Origin: Candidatus Omnitrophota bacterium
GTDB lineage: Bacteria; Omnitrophota; Gorgyraeia; Tantalellales; Tantalellaceae
DNA length: 64,000 bases
NCBI GenBank assembly: GCA_049643885.1
Contig: JBARQV010000015.1
Location: forward strand, 75,430 to 139,429
Direction of reading: 5' to 3'
Each line of letters opens with the position of its first letter. The first letter of the stretch is position 1. The notes under the pieces were generated by a model that had not been told where the DNA came from, made no database searches, and worked only from the letters and a program-made list of their open reading frames with translations. Below are positions 36,491-47,940 of the stretch, piece after piece. A program made the position numbers and the translations under genes.

Positions 36491-37036
36491 ATTGAACGAT
36501 AGAAGTTCTTTCCTGTCCTTGAGGTGTTTTTCCGGAAGGTCCTGCTCTGACGGATAGCCCAGAGCAATAACCAGCTCTATCTTTTTACGGAATGGGACGG
36601 AGAGGATCCTTTTAAGTCTTCGTTCGTTGAACCATCCGAGGATACATGTCCCTATGCCGAGGTCCTGCGCCTGTAGAACCAGGTGAGCGCAAGCTATCCC
36701 TATGTCTATGTGCCGGAAATTGACGTTTCTCGCTTTACCGCCCAGCCACGCGGGCAGTACCTGCTTTTCAGCTACGATTGCGATAAAAGCGCGCGCTTCC
36801 CGGGCGAAGGAATTCATGCCCCCGGGGCCGTATGCAACAGCTTCTGCAGTGAACTTTCGTTTTTCAGGGTCGTCGATGATTATGAAGCTCCACGGTTGAG
36901 AATGACAGGCAGAAGGAGAATACCGCGCCGCTTCAATGCAGATCTCAAGGTCCTTTCTGCTTATATCGGCAGCGGAATAAGACCTTACACTTCTTCTGTT
37001 TTTAGCTAGTTCGAGAAAAGAATTCATAATAACCAA
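36464..37036 (-). CDS. nitroreductase-family protein
   Basis: RRSVRSY N-terminal motif and FMN-binding nitroreductase fold signature. 190 aa. Confidence 0.75.
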   Translation of the reverse strand: MVIMNSFLELAKNRRSVRSYSAADISRKDLEICIEAARYSPSACHSQPWSFIIIDDPEKRKFTAEAVAYGPGGMNSFAREARAFIAIVAEKQVLPAWLGGKARNVNFRHIDIGIACAHLVLQAQDLGIGTCILGWFNERRLKRILSVPFRKKIELVIALGYPSEQDLPEKHLKDRKELLSFNSYKKSPLV

Positions 37037-37170
37037 CCCCCATTATCCGGTATCTGATGTTTAACATCCAGCATCTAGTGTGCGGGTCCTGTCTACACCT
37101 TCTGCCGTCAAGGATCCGGCACAATGAAATGCTCTGCACCCGCCCCCAAGGATCCAACCCACAAACTATT
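37037..37170 (-). repeat. ~140-nt intergenic element, copy B (inverted relative to 33087-33230)
   Basis: Reverse complement matches copy A at both termini. Lies immediately 5' of the minus-strand nitroreductase gene. Confidence 0.6.
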
Positions 37171-37208
37171 ATTTACTAATCCTATGATTATTGATTATAA
37201 TATAACTA

Positions 37209-38030
37209 ATGCGTAAGTTACAAATGTTATTATTTGCTGTGTTCTCTCTTCAGTTAGTGCTTTCAGGATGTGCCAATACCGGAAAGATAAGATATATTGG
37301 CAGGGCAAGCGGTGTCACTAAAAATGAAGTTACCACTTCGATGGCTACCAAACCGCAATTGCACTACCGTAAAAGGTTTACATTTTTGATGGCCTGGAAC
37401 GGTATCCCGATCGGCAGCGTAGTCGCGGAGATAGGTGATATCATAAGGTATCGCGGACGGGATGTTTACGTGGTGACGCTGATCACGCGTTCAAACAAGT
37501 TTCTTTCCAAAATATATAAAGTGGAAGATAAGTATATATCATATGTCGACACGGAGACCATGACCAGCCGGAGATATGAAGCTGACCGGAAAGAGGGCAA
37601 TTACAGGAAGCATGTGATCGTCGAATATGATTTTGACAAGAACGAAGCTATCTATACGAACTTGACCGACGGTTCGGTTAAACGCTGCGCGATAGAAAAA
37701 GACGTCCAGGACCCGTTAAGCGCTACTTTTTATTTCATGACCGTGCCGGTGAAAGTTGATGACGAGATCAGGATAACGGTCAATCTGAACGAAAAGAACT
37801 ACAAGGTATTCGGGAAGGTAGAGAGCCTTAATCTTATCAAATTGCCGGGGTTGGGTTCGTTTCCCGCATTCAGGATCCGGCCGTATGCTATACTGGGTAA
37901 TGAACGATTCAAAAAAGGAAGAGGCTGGCTTTACGTAATAGCGGATAAAAGACGATACCCGCTGTATGGCGTCGTCCTTATACCTTTTGGCAAGGTGACC
38001 TCGACCCTGGCCAAGGTTGAGGATATATAG
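37209..38030 (+). CDS. lipoprotein, DUF3108-like (tentative), hypothetical
   Basis: Lipobox LVLSGC. Beta-rich sequence. Confidence 0.45.
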   Translation: MRKLQMLLFAVFSLQLVLSGCANTGKIRYIGRASGVTKNEVTTSMATKPQLHYRKRFTFLMAWNGIPIGSVVAEIGDIIRYRGRDVYVVTLITRSNKFLSKIYKVEDKYISYVDTETMTSRRYEADRKEGNYRKHVIVEYDFDKNEAIYTNLTDGSVKRCAIEKDVQDPLSATFYFMTVPVKVDDEIRITVNLNEKNYKVFGKVESLNLIKLPGLGSFPAFRIRPYAILGNERFKKGRGWLYVIADKRRYPLYGVVLIPFGKVTSTLAKVEDI

Positions 38031-38040
38031 AAAAATCAAA

Positions 38041-38838
38041 ATGAAAAAATTAGGAAAGACGGAATATTTCATATCTAAGAAAGTAGGGGCGGCCATAAAC
38101 CGGTTTAAAATGATCGGCGAGGGCGACAAGGTCCTGGTCGGTGTGTCCGGAGGCAAAGACAGCCTGACTCTGATCAGGATATTACAGGAGCGCAAGCGCT
38201 GGCTTCCGATAGATTATACGGTGAAGGCAGCGCATATCATCACTGATTATGATAAACATCCGGAAAGGAAAAAGAAAGAACTTGCCCGTATTTTTGAGTC
38301 CCTGGGATGCGATTATGTTTTCAAAGAGATCGCCATCGCTCGGAAGAACAAGCTAGGCCGGCAGGATTGTTTCTGGTGCTCGTGGAACCGGCGCAAGGCT
38401 TTGTTTGAGACCGCGGCTGAGATCGGTTTCACCAAGGTGGCCCTCGGACACCACAAGGATGATGTGGTAGAAACTATACTTATGAACATGTTTTATAACG
38501 GTGAATTGTCCAGCATCAACCCCGTGCAGAGCCTTTTCAACGGCAAGATAATTATCGTCAGGCCCTTGATCTTATTGGAGGAAAAAGATACGTCAAGATA
38601 TGCCAGCGATACCGGTTTGCCGGTCGTGAAGTCAAGATGCCCCAGGAATGATGACTCCAAGCGCGCATTGGTGAAGTCCCTGATACGGGAGCTGTCGCGG
38701 AAAAATCCCGACATCAAAGATAACATCCTGAGAGCTCCGCACAATATAAAAAAGGAGTATTTGACGGACATTATAAACGGGATCGGTTTGTCAGGTTATC
38801 AGGAGGAAGGATATCAGGATGACAGGATATCGGAATAA
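38041..38838 (+). CDS. TtcA-like PP-loop ATPase (tRNA 2-thiocytidine/thiolation family)
   Basis: PP-loop SGGKDS; CxxC CFWC; second Cys motif SRCPRN. Start uncertain: TTG at 38017 or ATG at 38041. Confidence 0.65.
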   Translation: MKKLGKTEYFISKKVGAAINRFKMIGEGDKVLVGVSGGKDSLTLIRILQERKRWLPIDYTVKAAHIITDYDKHPERKKKELARIFESLGCDYVFKEIAIARKNKLGRQDCFWCSWNRRKALFETAAEIGFTKVALGHHKDDVVETILMNMFYNGELSSINPVQSLFNGKIIIVRPLILLEEKDTSRYASDTGLPVVKSRCPRNDDSKRALVKSLIRELSRKNPDIKDNILRAPHNIKKEYLTDIINGIGLSGYQEEGYQDDRISE

Positions 38839-39628
38839 GAGCGCTTTGTTATCGATATTATTGCTTGTTCCTTTTGTTACAGGCGGGATGATGTCGTATA
38901 ACCCGGCAACAGAGGAGGAAGAGGTCATCTTTATTTCCAGCGCTAAAGAGAGAAATATGGGCAGGAACATAGATGAGCAGGTCCGCAAGGCTTTCGAACT
39001 GCCGGTAGATCCTCTGGTCCAGGAAAGGATAGGTAAGATCGGGGAAAGGCTAGCCGGGGGATCCGATCGAAAGGATGTCATATATCACTTCACTGTTATA
39101 AACCATAAAAAAGATGATTGTTACAACGCCTTTGCCGCGCCGGGAGGGTACATATATATATTTGATGACCTGGTCGAAGTAATGCAGGATGATAATGAGA
39201 TAGCGGCAGTTCTTGCCCATGAGATGGGGCACGTGGAGGCTAAGCACTCTATCAAACGCCTTCAGGGTTCCCTAGGGGCGACCCTGTTAATGGTACTCGG
39301 CAGCCAGATGAAGCCCGAGAAAGGCGCTTTCGAGGCTGCCAATGAGGCTATAGGCCAACTGATGTCGGCTTATTCACGTCATGATGAACGCCAGGCAGAC
39401 GAACTTTCGGTGAAGTACCTGGAAAAAGCAGAGTTTGATCCTCAGGGAGCGGTAAAGTCTTTGAAAAAGATGAAAAAAATGCGTAAAAAGGGGCCCCTGA
39501 TGAAATACCAGTATTATAAGTCCCACCCATATGTTTCAGAACGTATCGCCCATCTGAACAGGGTGGTCAAGGGTTACATGGATTTTGATTCATATATAAA
39601 TCTTGTTTCCGAAAAAGATGAATTATGA
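38819..39628 (+). CDS. secreted M48-family zinc metallopeptidase
   Basis: Signal peptide. HEMGH (HExxH) plus a downstream Glu. Confidence 0.65.
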   Translation: MTGYRNKSALLSILLLVPFVTGGMMSYNPATEEEEVIFISSAKERNMGRNIDEQVRKAFELPVDPLVQERIGKIGERLAGGSDRKDVIYHFTVINHKKDDCYNAFAAPGGYIYIFDDLVEVMQDDNEIAAVLAHEMGHVEAKHSIKRLQGSLGATLLMVLGSQMKPEKGAFEAANEAIGQLMSAYSRHDERQADELSVKYLEKAEFDPQGAVKSLKKMKKMRKKGPLMKYQYYKSHPYVSERIAHLNRVVKGYMDFDSYINLVSEKDEL

Positions 39629-39658
39629 TAGTATATCAGGAAGCAAACGGGGGTGGAT

Positions 39659-40135
39659 ATGAAGAAGGTCGGTATTATATACTATTCCAATACCGGGAAC
39701 ACTGAGGCCATGGCCCGCCTGGTCGAAGAGGGGGCGAAGATGGAACCCGACGTCCTGGTCGATGTGGTAAAGGTGGAAAAGTTTCCCGCAAGGAAAGCGC
39801 TTGAATACGACGGCCTGATAATAGGCTCTCCTACATATTACGGTACCGCCGCTTACCAGGTGAAGAAATTTTTGGATGAGACCGTGGAATTCCACGGGAA
39901 GCTGGCCGGAAAAGTAGGGGCAGCCTTCAGCTCCTCGGCCAATATAGGAGGGGGTAACGAGACCACGATAGTTTCGATCTTAAATGCCCTGTTGATACAC
40001 GGGATGATCGTCCAGGGGGACCCCGTGGGCGACCATTACGGCCCGGTTTCGATCGGTAGTCCGGACGCCCGCGCCGAAGAGCAGTGCCGCGCTCTGGGCA
40101 AGCGGGTAGCCGCCCTTGTAAAAAAAGTGACATGA
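39659..40135 (+). CDS. flavodoxin-family protein
   Basis: FMN-binding loop YYSNTGNTE. Flavodoxin-like alpha/beta pattern. Confidence 0.65.
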   Translation: MKKVGIIYYSNTGNTEAMARLVEEGAKMEPDVLVDVVKVEKFPARKALEYDGLIIGSPTYYGTAAYQVKKFLDETVEFHGKLAGKVGAAFSSSANIGGGNETTIVSILNALLIHGMIVQGDPVGDHYGPVSIGSPDARAEEQCRALGKRVAALVKKVT

Positions 40136-40139
40136 ACTC

Positions 40140-41462
40140 ATGAGAAAAACTTTTGTTCTTGATACCAACGTTATATTGCATAATCCCAAGGCCCTGATCT
40201 CTTTTGAGGATAATATCGTCCTTTTGCCCATAGAAGTCCTCGAGGAGCTGGACAGGTTCAAGAAAGGCCGCGATGAAAGAGGTCGTAACGCCCGGATAGC
40301 GATACGCATGCTGGACGAGATACGGCAGAAGGGAGAACCCGGCCACGGATACCCGCTTGAGAACGGAGGGATCCTGAAGATAGCGACCGGAGTGGATTTC
40401 GGTGCTGCCGCGGAACTGGGCCTGTCAAAAAGCATCGTGGACAACAGGATACTGCTTACCGCCCACGTATTAAAGGACAAGGGGGAGCGCGTGATCTTCG
40501 TGTCCAAGGACATCAATACCAGGGTCAAGGCGGACGCCATCGGAATAACCTGTATGGACTTTGAAAAGCAGAAGGTGGATTTCGATAACTTCTACAGCGG
40601 ATGGAGGACCCTGGAGCTGAGCAAGGGAGAGATAGATTCCTTTTATACCAAAAAAGAACATAAAATGGAGCATGGCTTGTTTTACCCGAACGAATTCGCG
40701 TTCATGGTCGACAAGGAAGATCCCAAGCATACGGCTATCGGCAGATATAAAGAAGAATTCAAGATATTGATGCCATTGATCTTCAATAAAATGCACGTTA
40801 TGTCGGTCCGCCCCCGGAATAAAGAGCAGGCCATGGCCATCGAGCTTTTACTGAACGATGATATCAGGCTGGTCACACTCGTGGGTTCAGCAGGTACGGG
40901 CAAGACCCTCCTGGCCATAGCCGCGGGCTTGCAGAAGGTGGTCAAGGACAAAACCTACGGCGGGCTTCTTATATCCAGGCCGGTCATGCCATTGGGAAAA
41001 GATATAGGATATCTTCCCGGATCGAAGGAAGAAAAACTGGAAAGCTGGATGGGTCCGATCTTTGATAACCTTGAGTATATCTTCAACACCGAAAAGGGCG
41101 AAAAGGAAACCAAGACCAGAACGAAAAATCTGATCGACAAGTATATTAAAGAAGAGATCATAGAATTGGAGGCCATGACCTTCATGCGCGGACGCAGCAT
41201 TCCTAACCAGTTCATAATCATAGACGAAGCCCAGAACCTTACACCTCACGAAGTGAAAACGGTCATCAGCCGCGCCGGGAACAGGACAAAAATGGTGCTT
41301 ACCGGGGATCCTTACCAGATAGATAATCCGTACCTGGATTCATCCAGCAACGGATTGACATATTGCGCGGATAAGATGAAAGGGCAGAGGATGTTCGGTC
41401 ATGTTATGCTGACCAAGAGCGAGAGGAGTCCTCTGGCCGCGCTTGCTGCAGAGATCCTGTGA
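40140..41462 (+). CDS. PIN-domain + PhoH-like ATPase (YlaK-like)
   Basis: N-terminal PIN (VLDTNVIL..D). Walker A GSAGTGKT. PhoH signature region. 440 aa. Confidence 0.75.
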   Translation: MRKTFVLDTNVILHNPKALISFEDNIVLLPIEVLEELDRFKKGRDERGRNARIAIRMLDEIRQKGEPGHGYPLENGGILKIATGVDFGAAAELGLSKSIVDNRILLTAHVLKDKGERVIFVSKDINTRVKADAIGITCMDFEKQKVDFDNFYSGWRTLELSKGEIDSFYTKKEHKMEHGLFYPNEFAFMVDKEDPKHTAIGRYKEEFKILMPLIFNKMHVMSVRPRNKEQAMAIELLLNDDIRLVTLVGSAGTGKTLLAIAAGLQKVVKDKTYGGLLISRPVMPLGKDIGYLPGSKEEKLESWMGPIFDNLEYIFNTEKGEKETKTRTKNLIDKYIKEEIIELEAMTFMRGRSIPNQFIIIDEAQNLTPHEVKTVISRAGNRTKMVLTGDPYQIDNPYLDSSSNGLTYCADKMKGQRMFGHVMLTKSERSPLAALAAEIL

Positions 41463-41465
41463 GAT

Positions 41466-41774
41466 ATGACCACCGGAAGACCCACAAAAAAACGCATAGT
41501 TCACAGAAAACCGGAGAGTTTTAGATTCAGCCCGAGAGGGAAAAGGGGCAAGCCGGAGACGGTAGTGTTGACGCTGGATGGATTTGAGGCCATAAGGCTG
41601 GCGGATTGGCAGTCCAGGAAGCATAATGATGCCGCCGCTTTGATGAAAGTATCCCGCCAGACGTTTGAAAGGATATTGAAAAACGCCCGCAAAACGGTCT
41701 CCGACGCGATAGTTAACGGAAAAGGAATAAAGATCTGGGGCGGGACATACGATTACGAGGACATGGAGATCTAA
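41466..41774 (+). CDS. DUF134/UPF0251 predicted DNA-binding protein
   Basis: GRP.K.R.V...P....F.P N-terminus and length are typical of DUF134. Confidence 0.5.
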   Translation: MTTGRPTKKRIVHRKPESFRFSPRGKRGKPETVVLTLDGFEAIRLADWQSRKHNDAAALMKVSRQTFERILKNARKTVSDAIVNGKGIKIWGGTYDYEDMEI

Positions 41775-41970
41775 GGTATTGATTGGAGCGGAATATGAGG
41801 ATCAATATACGGTATATGAAAGAAAAGGATATTTTTGAGATACAGGTAATCGAGAAGAAACTCCGGTCGCATTTCATCCTTTCACGGGCTGAGCTTAACA
41901 ATCTCAGGACCATGTTGGAGAAAGCTCTGCTTCAGAGCAAGACCAAGGGAAAAAGCGGGGGAAAAGAGAG

Positions 41971-42441
41971 GTGAAAATGAGAATGTTTATCGTTGTCCTG
42001 ACATTTGTTCTTGTTTTCTGTTCGGTTCCGGGCAGCCTTCGGTCTCAGGAGGAAAAAAAATCTACTTCGAGCAAAGTCAAGTATGTCAAATCCAAGCACG
42101 GGGTGAGAGCGCTTATAAAACTCGGCAAGAGCCAGGCATCGATGGCCAAAGAGGTGGAGCGGCAGACCAGGAACTACAATAAGGTGCTCGAAGCGATAAA
42201 TGACGGTGATCTGAAGAAAGGCCAGACCGCTTCATCGGTCCAAAAGGCCGTGGGAGAACCAGTGATCATTTTATCGCGGGAAGGCCAGGAAGTCGTAAAG
42301 TGGGTCTACAAACCGGGCAATGTCACTTTTTTCGAAGACGAAAAAGTGTATCTCATGTTCGATAAAAATGACGAGCTCGTAGACTGGAAGGTCTTGCAGG
42401 GAAAGAAAGAACCCGGCACCGAAGCGATGAAAGGAAAATGA
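41971..42441 (+). CDS. secreted hypothetical protein
   Basis: Signal peptide MKMRMFIVVLTFVLVFCSVPG. Confidence 0.4.
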   Translation: MKMRMFIVVLTFVLVFCSVPGSLRSQEEKKSTSSKVKYVKSKHGVRALIKLGKSQASMAKEVERQTRNYNKVLEAINDGDLKKGQTASSVQKAVGEPVIILSREGQEVVKWVYKPGNVTFFEDEKVYLMFDKNDELVDWKVLQGKKEPGTEAMKGK

Positions 42442-42918
42442 ATGGGTGGTAAGGGCAGGATATCGTTGACCCGTGAAGGGTATAATAAATTACACAAGCA
42501 ATTGCAGCATCTTAGAGGCGAAAAGAGATTGCAGATATCGAGAGATATAGGTGAGGCCAGGGAGAAAGGCGATCTCAGCGAAAATGCCGAATATGACGCC
42601 GCCAAAGAGGCGCAGGCACATAACGAAAAAAGAATCGCTGATCTGGAAAATACTTTGAGTAGCGCCCAGATAATAAAGAAAGACGAAATAAAAGGCGACA
42701 AGGTCGTCCTGGGAGTAACGGTCAAGGTCAGGGACAAAAATACGGGCGAAGAAGAAACTTACACCTTAGTTTCCGAGGAAGAGTCCGATTTTGATGCTAA
42801 CAAGATATCTGCAGCATCTCCCGTCGGCGGCGCCCTTATGGGTAAAAAAGCGGGGGATATCGTGGATATTAAGGTTCCCGCTGGGACCCTTCAGTACGAG
42901 ATTTTGAGCATCGAATAG
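42442..42918 (+). CDS. greA: transcription elongation factor GreA
   Basis: LT.EG...L..EL..L ... GDLSENAEYDAAKE coiled-coil N-terminus. FKBP-like C-terminal domain. Confidence 0.85.
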   Translation: MGGKGRISLTREGYNKLHKQLQHLRGEKRLQISRDIGEAREKGDLSENAEYDAAKEAQAHNEKRIADLENTLSSAQIIKKDEIKGDKVVLGVTVKVRDKNTGEEETYTLVSEEESDFDANKISAASPVGGALMGKKAGDIVDIKVPAGTLQYEILSIE

Positions 42919-42959
42919 ATGCAGGGGCAAACCTCCGTGTTTGCCCGGGAAGAAAATTT

Positions 42960-45250
<2,291 letters not shown>

Positions 45251-45259
45251 GCACAGGCC

Positions 45260-46192
45260 ATGAAAATATACGATGATATCACAAAGACTATCGGAAATAC
45301 TCCTCTTGTGCGACTGGCAAAGATCGATAAGGGTCTTCCCGCAAACATTTACGGTAAAGCTGAGTTTTTTAATCCCCTTGCCAGCGTTAAAGACCGTATT
45401 GGCTTAGCCATGATAGAGGTTGCCGAAAAAGAAGGCAAGCTGGGGAAAGAGTCGGTTGTAATAGAGCCGACCAGCGGGAATACAGGGATAGCCCTTTCAT
45501 TTGTTTGCGCCGCTAAAGGTTACCGGCTTGTTCTGACGATGCCTGATACGATGAGCAAAGAAAGAAGGGCTCTTTTAAAGATATTGGGGGCAGAGCTTGT
45601 CCTGACTCCGGGAGAAAAGGGTATGCAGGGGGCCGTAGATAAAGCCGAAGAACTCGCCAAAAAGACGCCTAACTCTTTCATGCCGCAGCAGTTCGAGAAC
45701 GAAGCCAATCCGGGCATTCACAAACAGACTACGGCTGAAGAGATATGGAACGACCTGGATGGAAAAGTGGACATATTTGTCGCGGGGATAGGTACCGGAG
45801 GGACCATAACGGGGGTAGGCGAAGCGTTGAAGAAGAAAAAACCCGATGTAAAAGTCATAGGCCTGGAACCCGAAGACTCGCCGGTCCTTTCAGGAGGCCA
45901 GCCCGGACCCCACAACATCCAGGGTATTGGCGCGGGTTTCGTTCCAAAGGTCTTGAAAAAAGAAATACTAGATGAGATAATAACCGTCTCCGAGAGGGAA
46001 GCCGGTGAGATGGCTCGCAGACTGGCCCGTGAAGAGGGGCTACTGGTGGGTATATCTTCCGGGGCAAATGTAGCGGTCAGCGTCCGGATCGCTTCGAGAA
46101 AAGAGAACAAGGATAAGAACATCGTGACCGTGCTTTGTGACACGGGCGAGAGATATCTGAGCACCGGGCTGTTCAGAGACTTCATGGATTGA
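45260..46192 (+). CDS. cysK: cysteine synthase A (O-acetylserine sulfhydrylase)
   Basis: PLP-Lys SVKDRIG; TSGNTG; [10 protein letters not shown]. Confidence 0.85.
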   Translation: MKIYDDITKTIGNTPLVRLAKIDKGLPANIYGKAEFFNPLASVKDRIGLAMIEVAEKEGKLGKESVVIEPTSGNTGIALSFVCAAKGYRLVLTMPDTMSKERRALLKILGAELVLTPGEKGMQGAVDKAEELAKKTPNSFMPQQFENEANPGIHKQTTAEEIWNDLDGKVDIFVAGIGTGGTITGVGEALKKKKPDVKVIGLEPEDSPVLSGGQPGPHNIQGIGAGFVPKVLKKEILDEIITVSEREAGEMARRLAREEGLLVGISSGANVAVSVRIASRKENKDKNIVTVLCDTGERYLSTGLFRDFMD

Positions 46193-47331
46193 ATATGACT
46201 AAGAAAAACGAGATAGGATACATAGAGACAAAGTATTTCGTCTTACCCAAGGGCGAAGATTTTCTTCTGCAGAGCGGCGTGAAGCTTCCCGAGTTGAAGG
46301 TCGCTTATGAGACATACGGAGAGCTGAACGAAAAGAAGAACAACGCCGTTCTTATATGCCACGCACTTTCCGGTGACGCCCACGCGGCGGGATACCATCC
46401 CGGCGAGAGCAAGCCGGGCTGGTGGAATGATATGATAGGTCCTGGGAAAGCCCTTGATACCGATAAATACTATGTGATCTGTTCCAATATCATCGGGGGC
46501 TGCAAGGGCTCGAGCGGCCCTAATTCCATCAACCCCAAAACGGGGAAACCTTACGGTCTTAGTTTTCCTATCGTATCCATCACGGACATGGTCAACGCCC
46601 AGAAAAAGCTGGTCGATCATCTGGGTGTGAAAAAACTTCTTTCGGTCTGCGGAGGGTCAATGGGTGGGATGCAGGCCCTGCAATGGGCGCTGAGTTATCC
46701 TGATTTCCTGATCTCATGCATCCCCATCGCCACGACAGCCAAACATTCCGCCCAACAGATAGCTTTTGACGAGGTCGGCAGGCAGGCGATCATGGCAGAT
46801 CCGGCATGGAACGAAGGTGATTATTATGCCAAGAAGGCTCATCCTTCGGCCGGACTGGCGGTAGCCAGGATGATAGGGCATATCACTTACATGAGCAATG
46901 ATTCCATGGAAAAAAAGTTCGGACGGTCCTTGAAGAATAAAGAACTTGGTTATGAGTTTTCAACAGAATTTGAGGTCGAAGGATACCTGAGATACCGAGG
47001 CGACAGCTTTGTGAAAAGGTTCGACGCCAACTCGTATCTTTACATCACCAAGGCTATGGATTATTTTGACCTCCATCCGGACAAGAAATTGTCACAGGTA
47101 TTCAGTAAGGTGAAAGCGTATTTTTTGGTCATCGCTTTCAGTTCGGACTGGCTTTACCCGCCTTACCAGTCCAAGGAGATAGTCAAGGCGCTCAAGATGA
47201 ACGGCATAGATGTTACCGATTGCGAGATAAGTTCGGACTACGGCCACGACGCTTTTCTGGTCGGGTTCGATGAGGAGACCAAACTTATAAAGCATTTTCT
47301 TGACAGGGTTTTTAAAAAAACTGCGAAATAA
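46189..47331 (+). CDS. metX: homoserine O-acetyltransferase
   Basis: Alpha/beta-hydrolase GGSMGG nucleophile elbow. MetX N-terminal region. Confidence 0.85.
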   Translation: MNMTKKNEIGYIETKYFVLPKGEDFLLQSGVKLPELKVAYETYGELNEKKNNAVLICHALSGDAHAAGYHPGESKPGWWNDMIGPGKALDTDKYYVICSNIIGGCKGSSGPNSINPKTGKPYGLSFPIVSITDMVNAQKKLVDHLGVKKLLSVCGGSMGGMQALQWALSYPDFLISCIPIATTAKHSAQQIAFDEVGRQAIMADPAWNEGDYYAKKAHPSAGLAVARMIGHITYMSNDSMEKKFGRSLKNKELGYEFSTEFEVEGYLRYRGDSFVKRFDANSYLYITKAMDYFDLHPDKKLSQVFSKVKAYFLVIAFSSDWLYPPYQSKEIVKALKMNGIDVTDCEISSDYGHDAFLVGFDEETKLIKHFLDRVFKKTAK

Positions 47332-47334
47332 ATC

Positions 47335-47940
47335 ATGGTCAGCGTAAGAAAAGAAGAATTGAGACTGGATCATAAGGTGATCGGGGATATCATAGAGCCC
47401 GGTTCTATGGTTCTTGACCTGGGGTGCGGGGATGGCGATCTCCTGAAGTATCTTGTCATCAACAAGGATGTCAGGGGAAGCGGCGTGGAGATAAGTGAAG
47501 AAGCTATTTACAAGTGTGTTGAAAAGGGCCTGAGCGTTTCCCACGGCGATATAGATTCGGGGCTTACGGAGTACCCGGATAAGCTGTTCGATTACATCAT
47601 CTTCAATCAGACCATGCAGCAGGTCCATAAACCCAAGGATGCGATCCAGGAAGCCCTGAGGATAGGCAGGAAGGTCATCATAGGTTTTCCGAATTTCTGC
47701 TACGTAGGGTCCAGGTTCCAGATTTTCTTCTGGGGACACGTACCCATCACCCCGTCCCTGCCTTATGAATGGTATGACACGCCGAACCTGCATTTTTTGA
47801 GCATAAAGGACTTCAAGAAATTCTGTTCGGAACAGAATTTTGTCATCGAAAAAGCTTTTTACCTGACCCAAAAAAGAGTGATCAAGCTTTTTCCGAATCT
47901 TTTCGCGCTCAACGCGATATTTCAAATAACGAAAAAGTGA
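47335..47940 (+). CDS. metW: methionine biosynthesis protein MetW
   Basis: SAM-methyltransferase-like LDLGCGDG. About 200 aa. Sits directly after metX. Confidence 0.8.
   Translation: MVSVRKEELRLDHKVIGDIIEPGSMVLDLGCGDGDLLKYLVINKDVRGSGVEISEEAIYKCVEKGLSVSHGDIDSGLTEYPDKLFDYIIFNQTMQQVHKPKDAIQEALRIGRKVIIGFPNFCYVGSRFQIFFWGHVPITPSLPYEWYDTPNLHFLSIKDFKKFCSEQNFVIEKAFYLTQKRVIKLFPNLFALNAIFQITKK

Noticed and set aside
33087-37170. Interpreting the inverted 140-nt pair as the ends of an IS element or composite transposon.
   Set aside because: No transposase or recombinase gene lies between them and no target-site duplication is evident. Kept instead as a finding with regulatory-leader and MITE alternatives.
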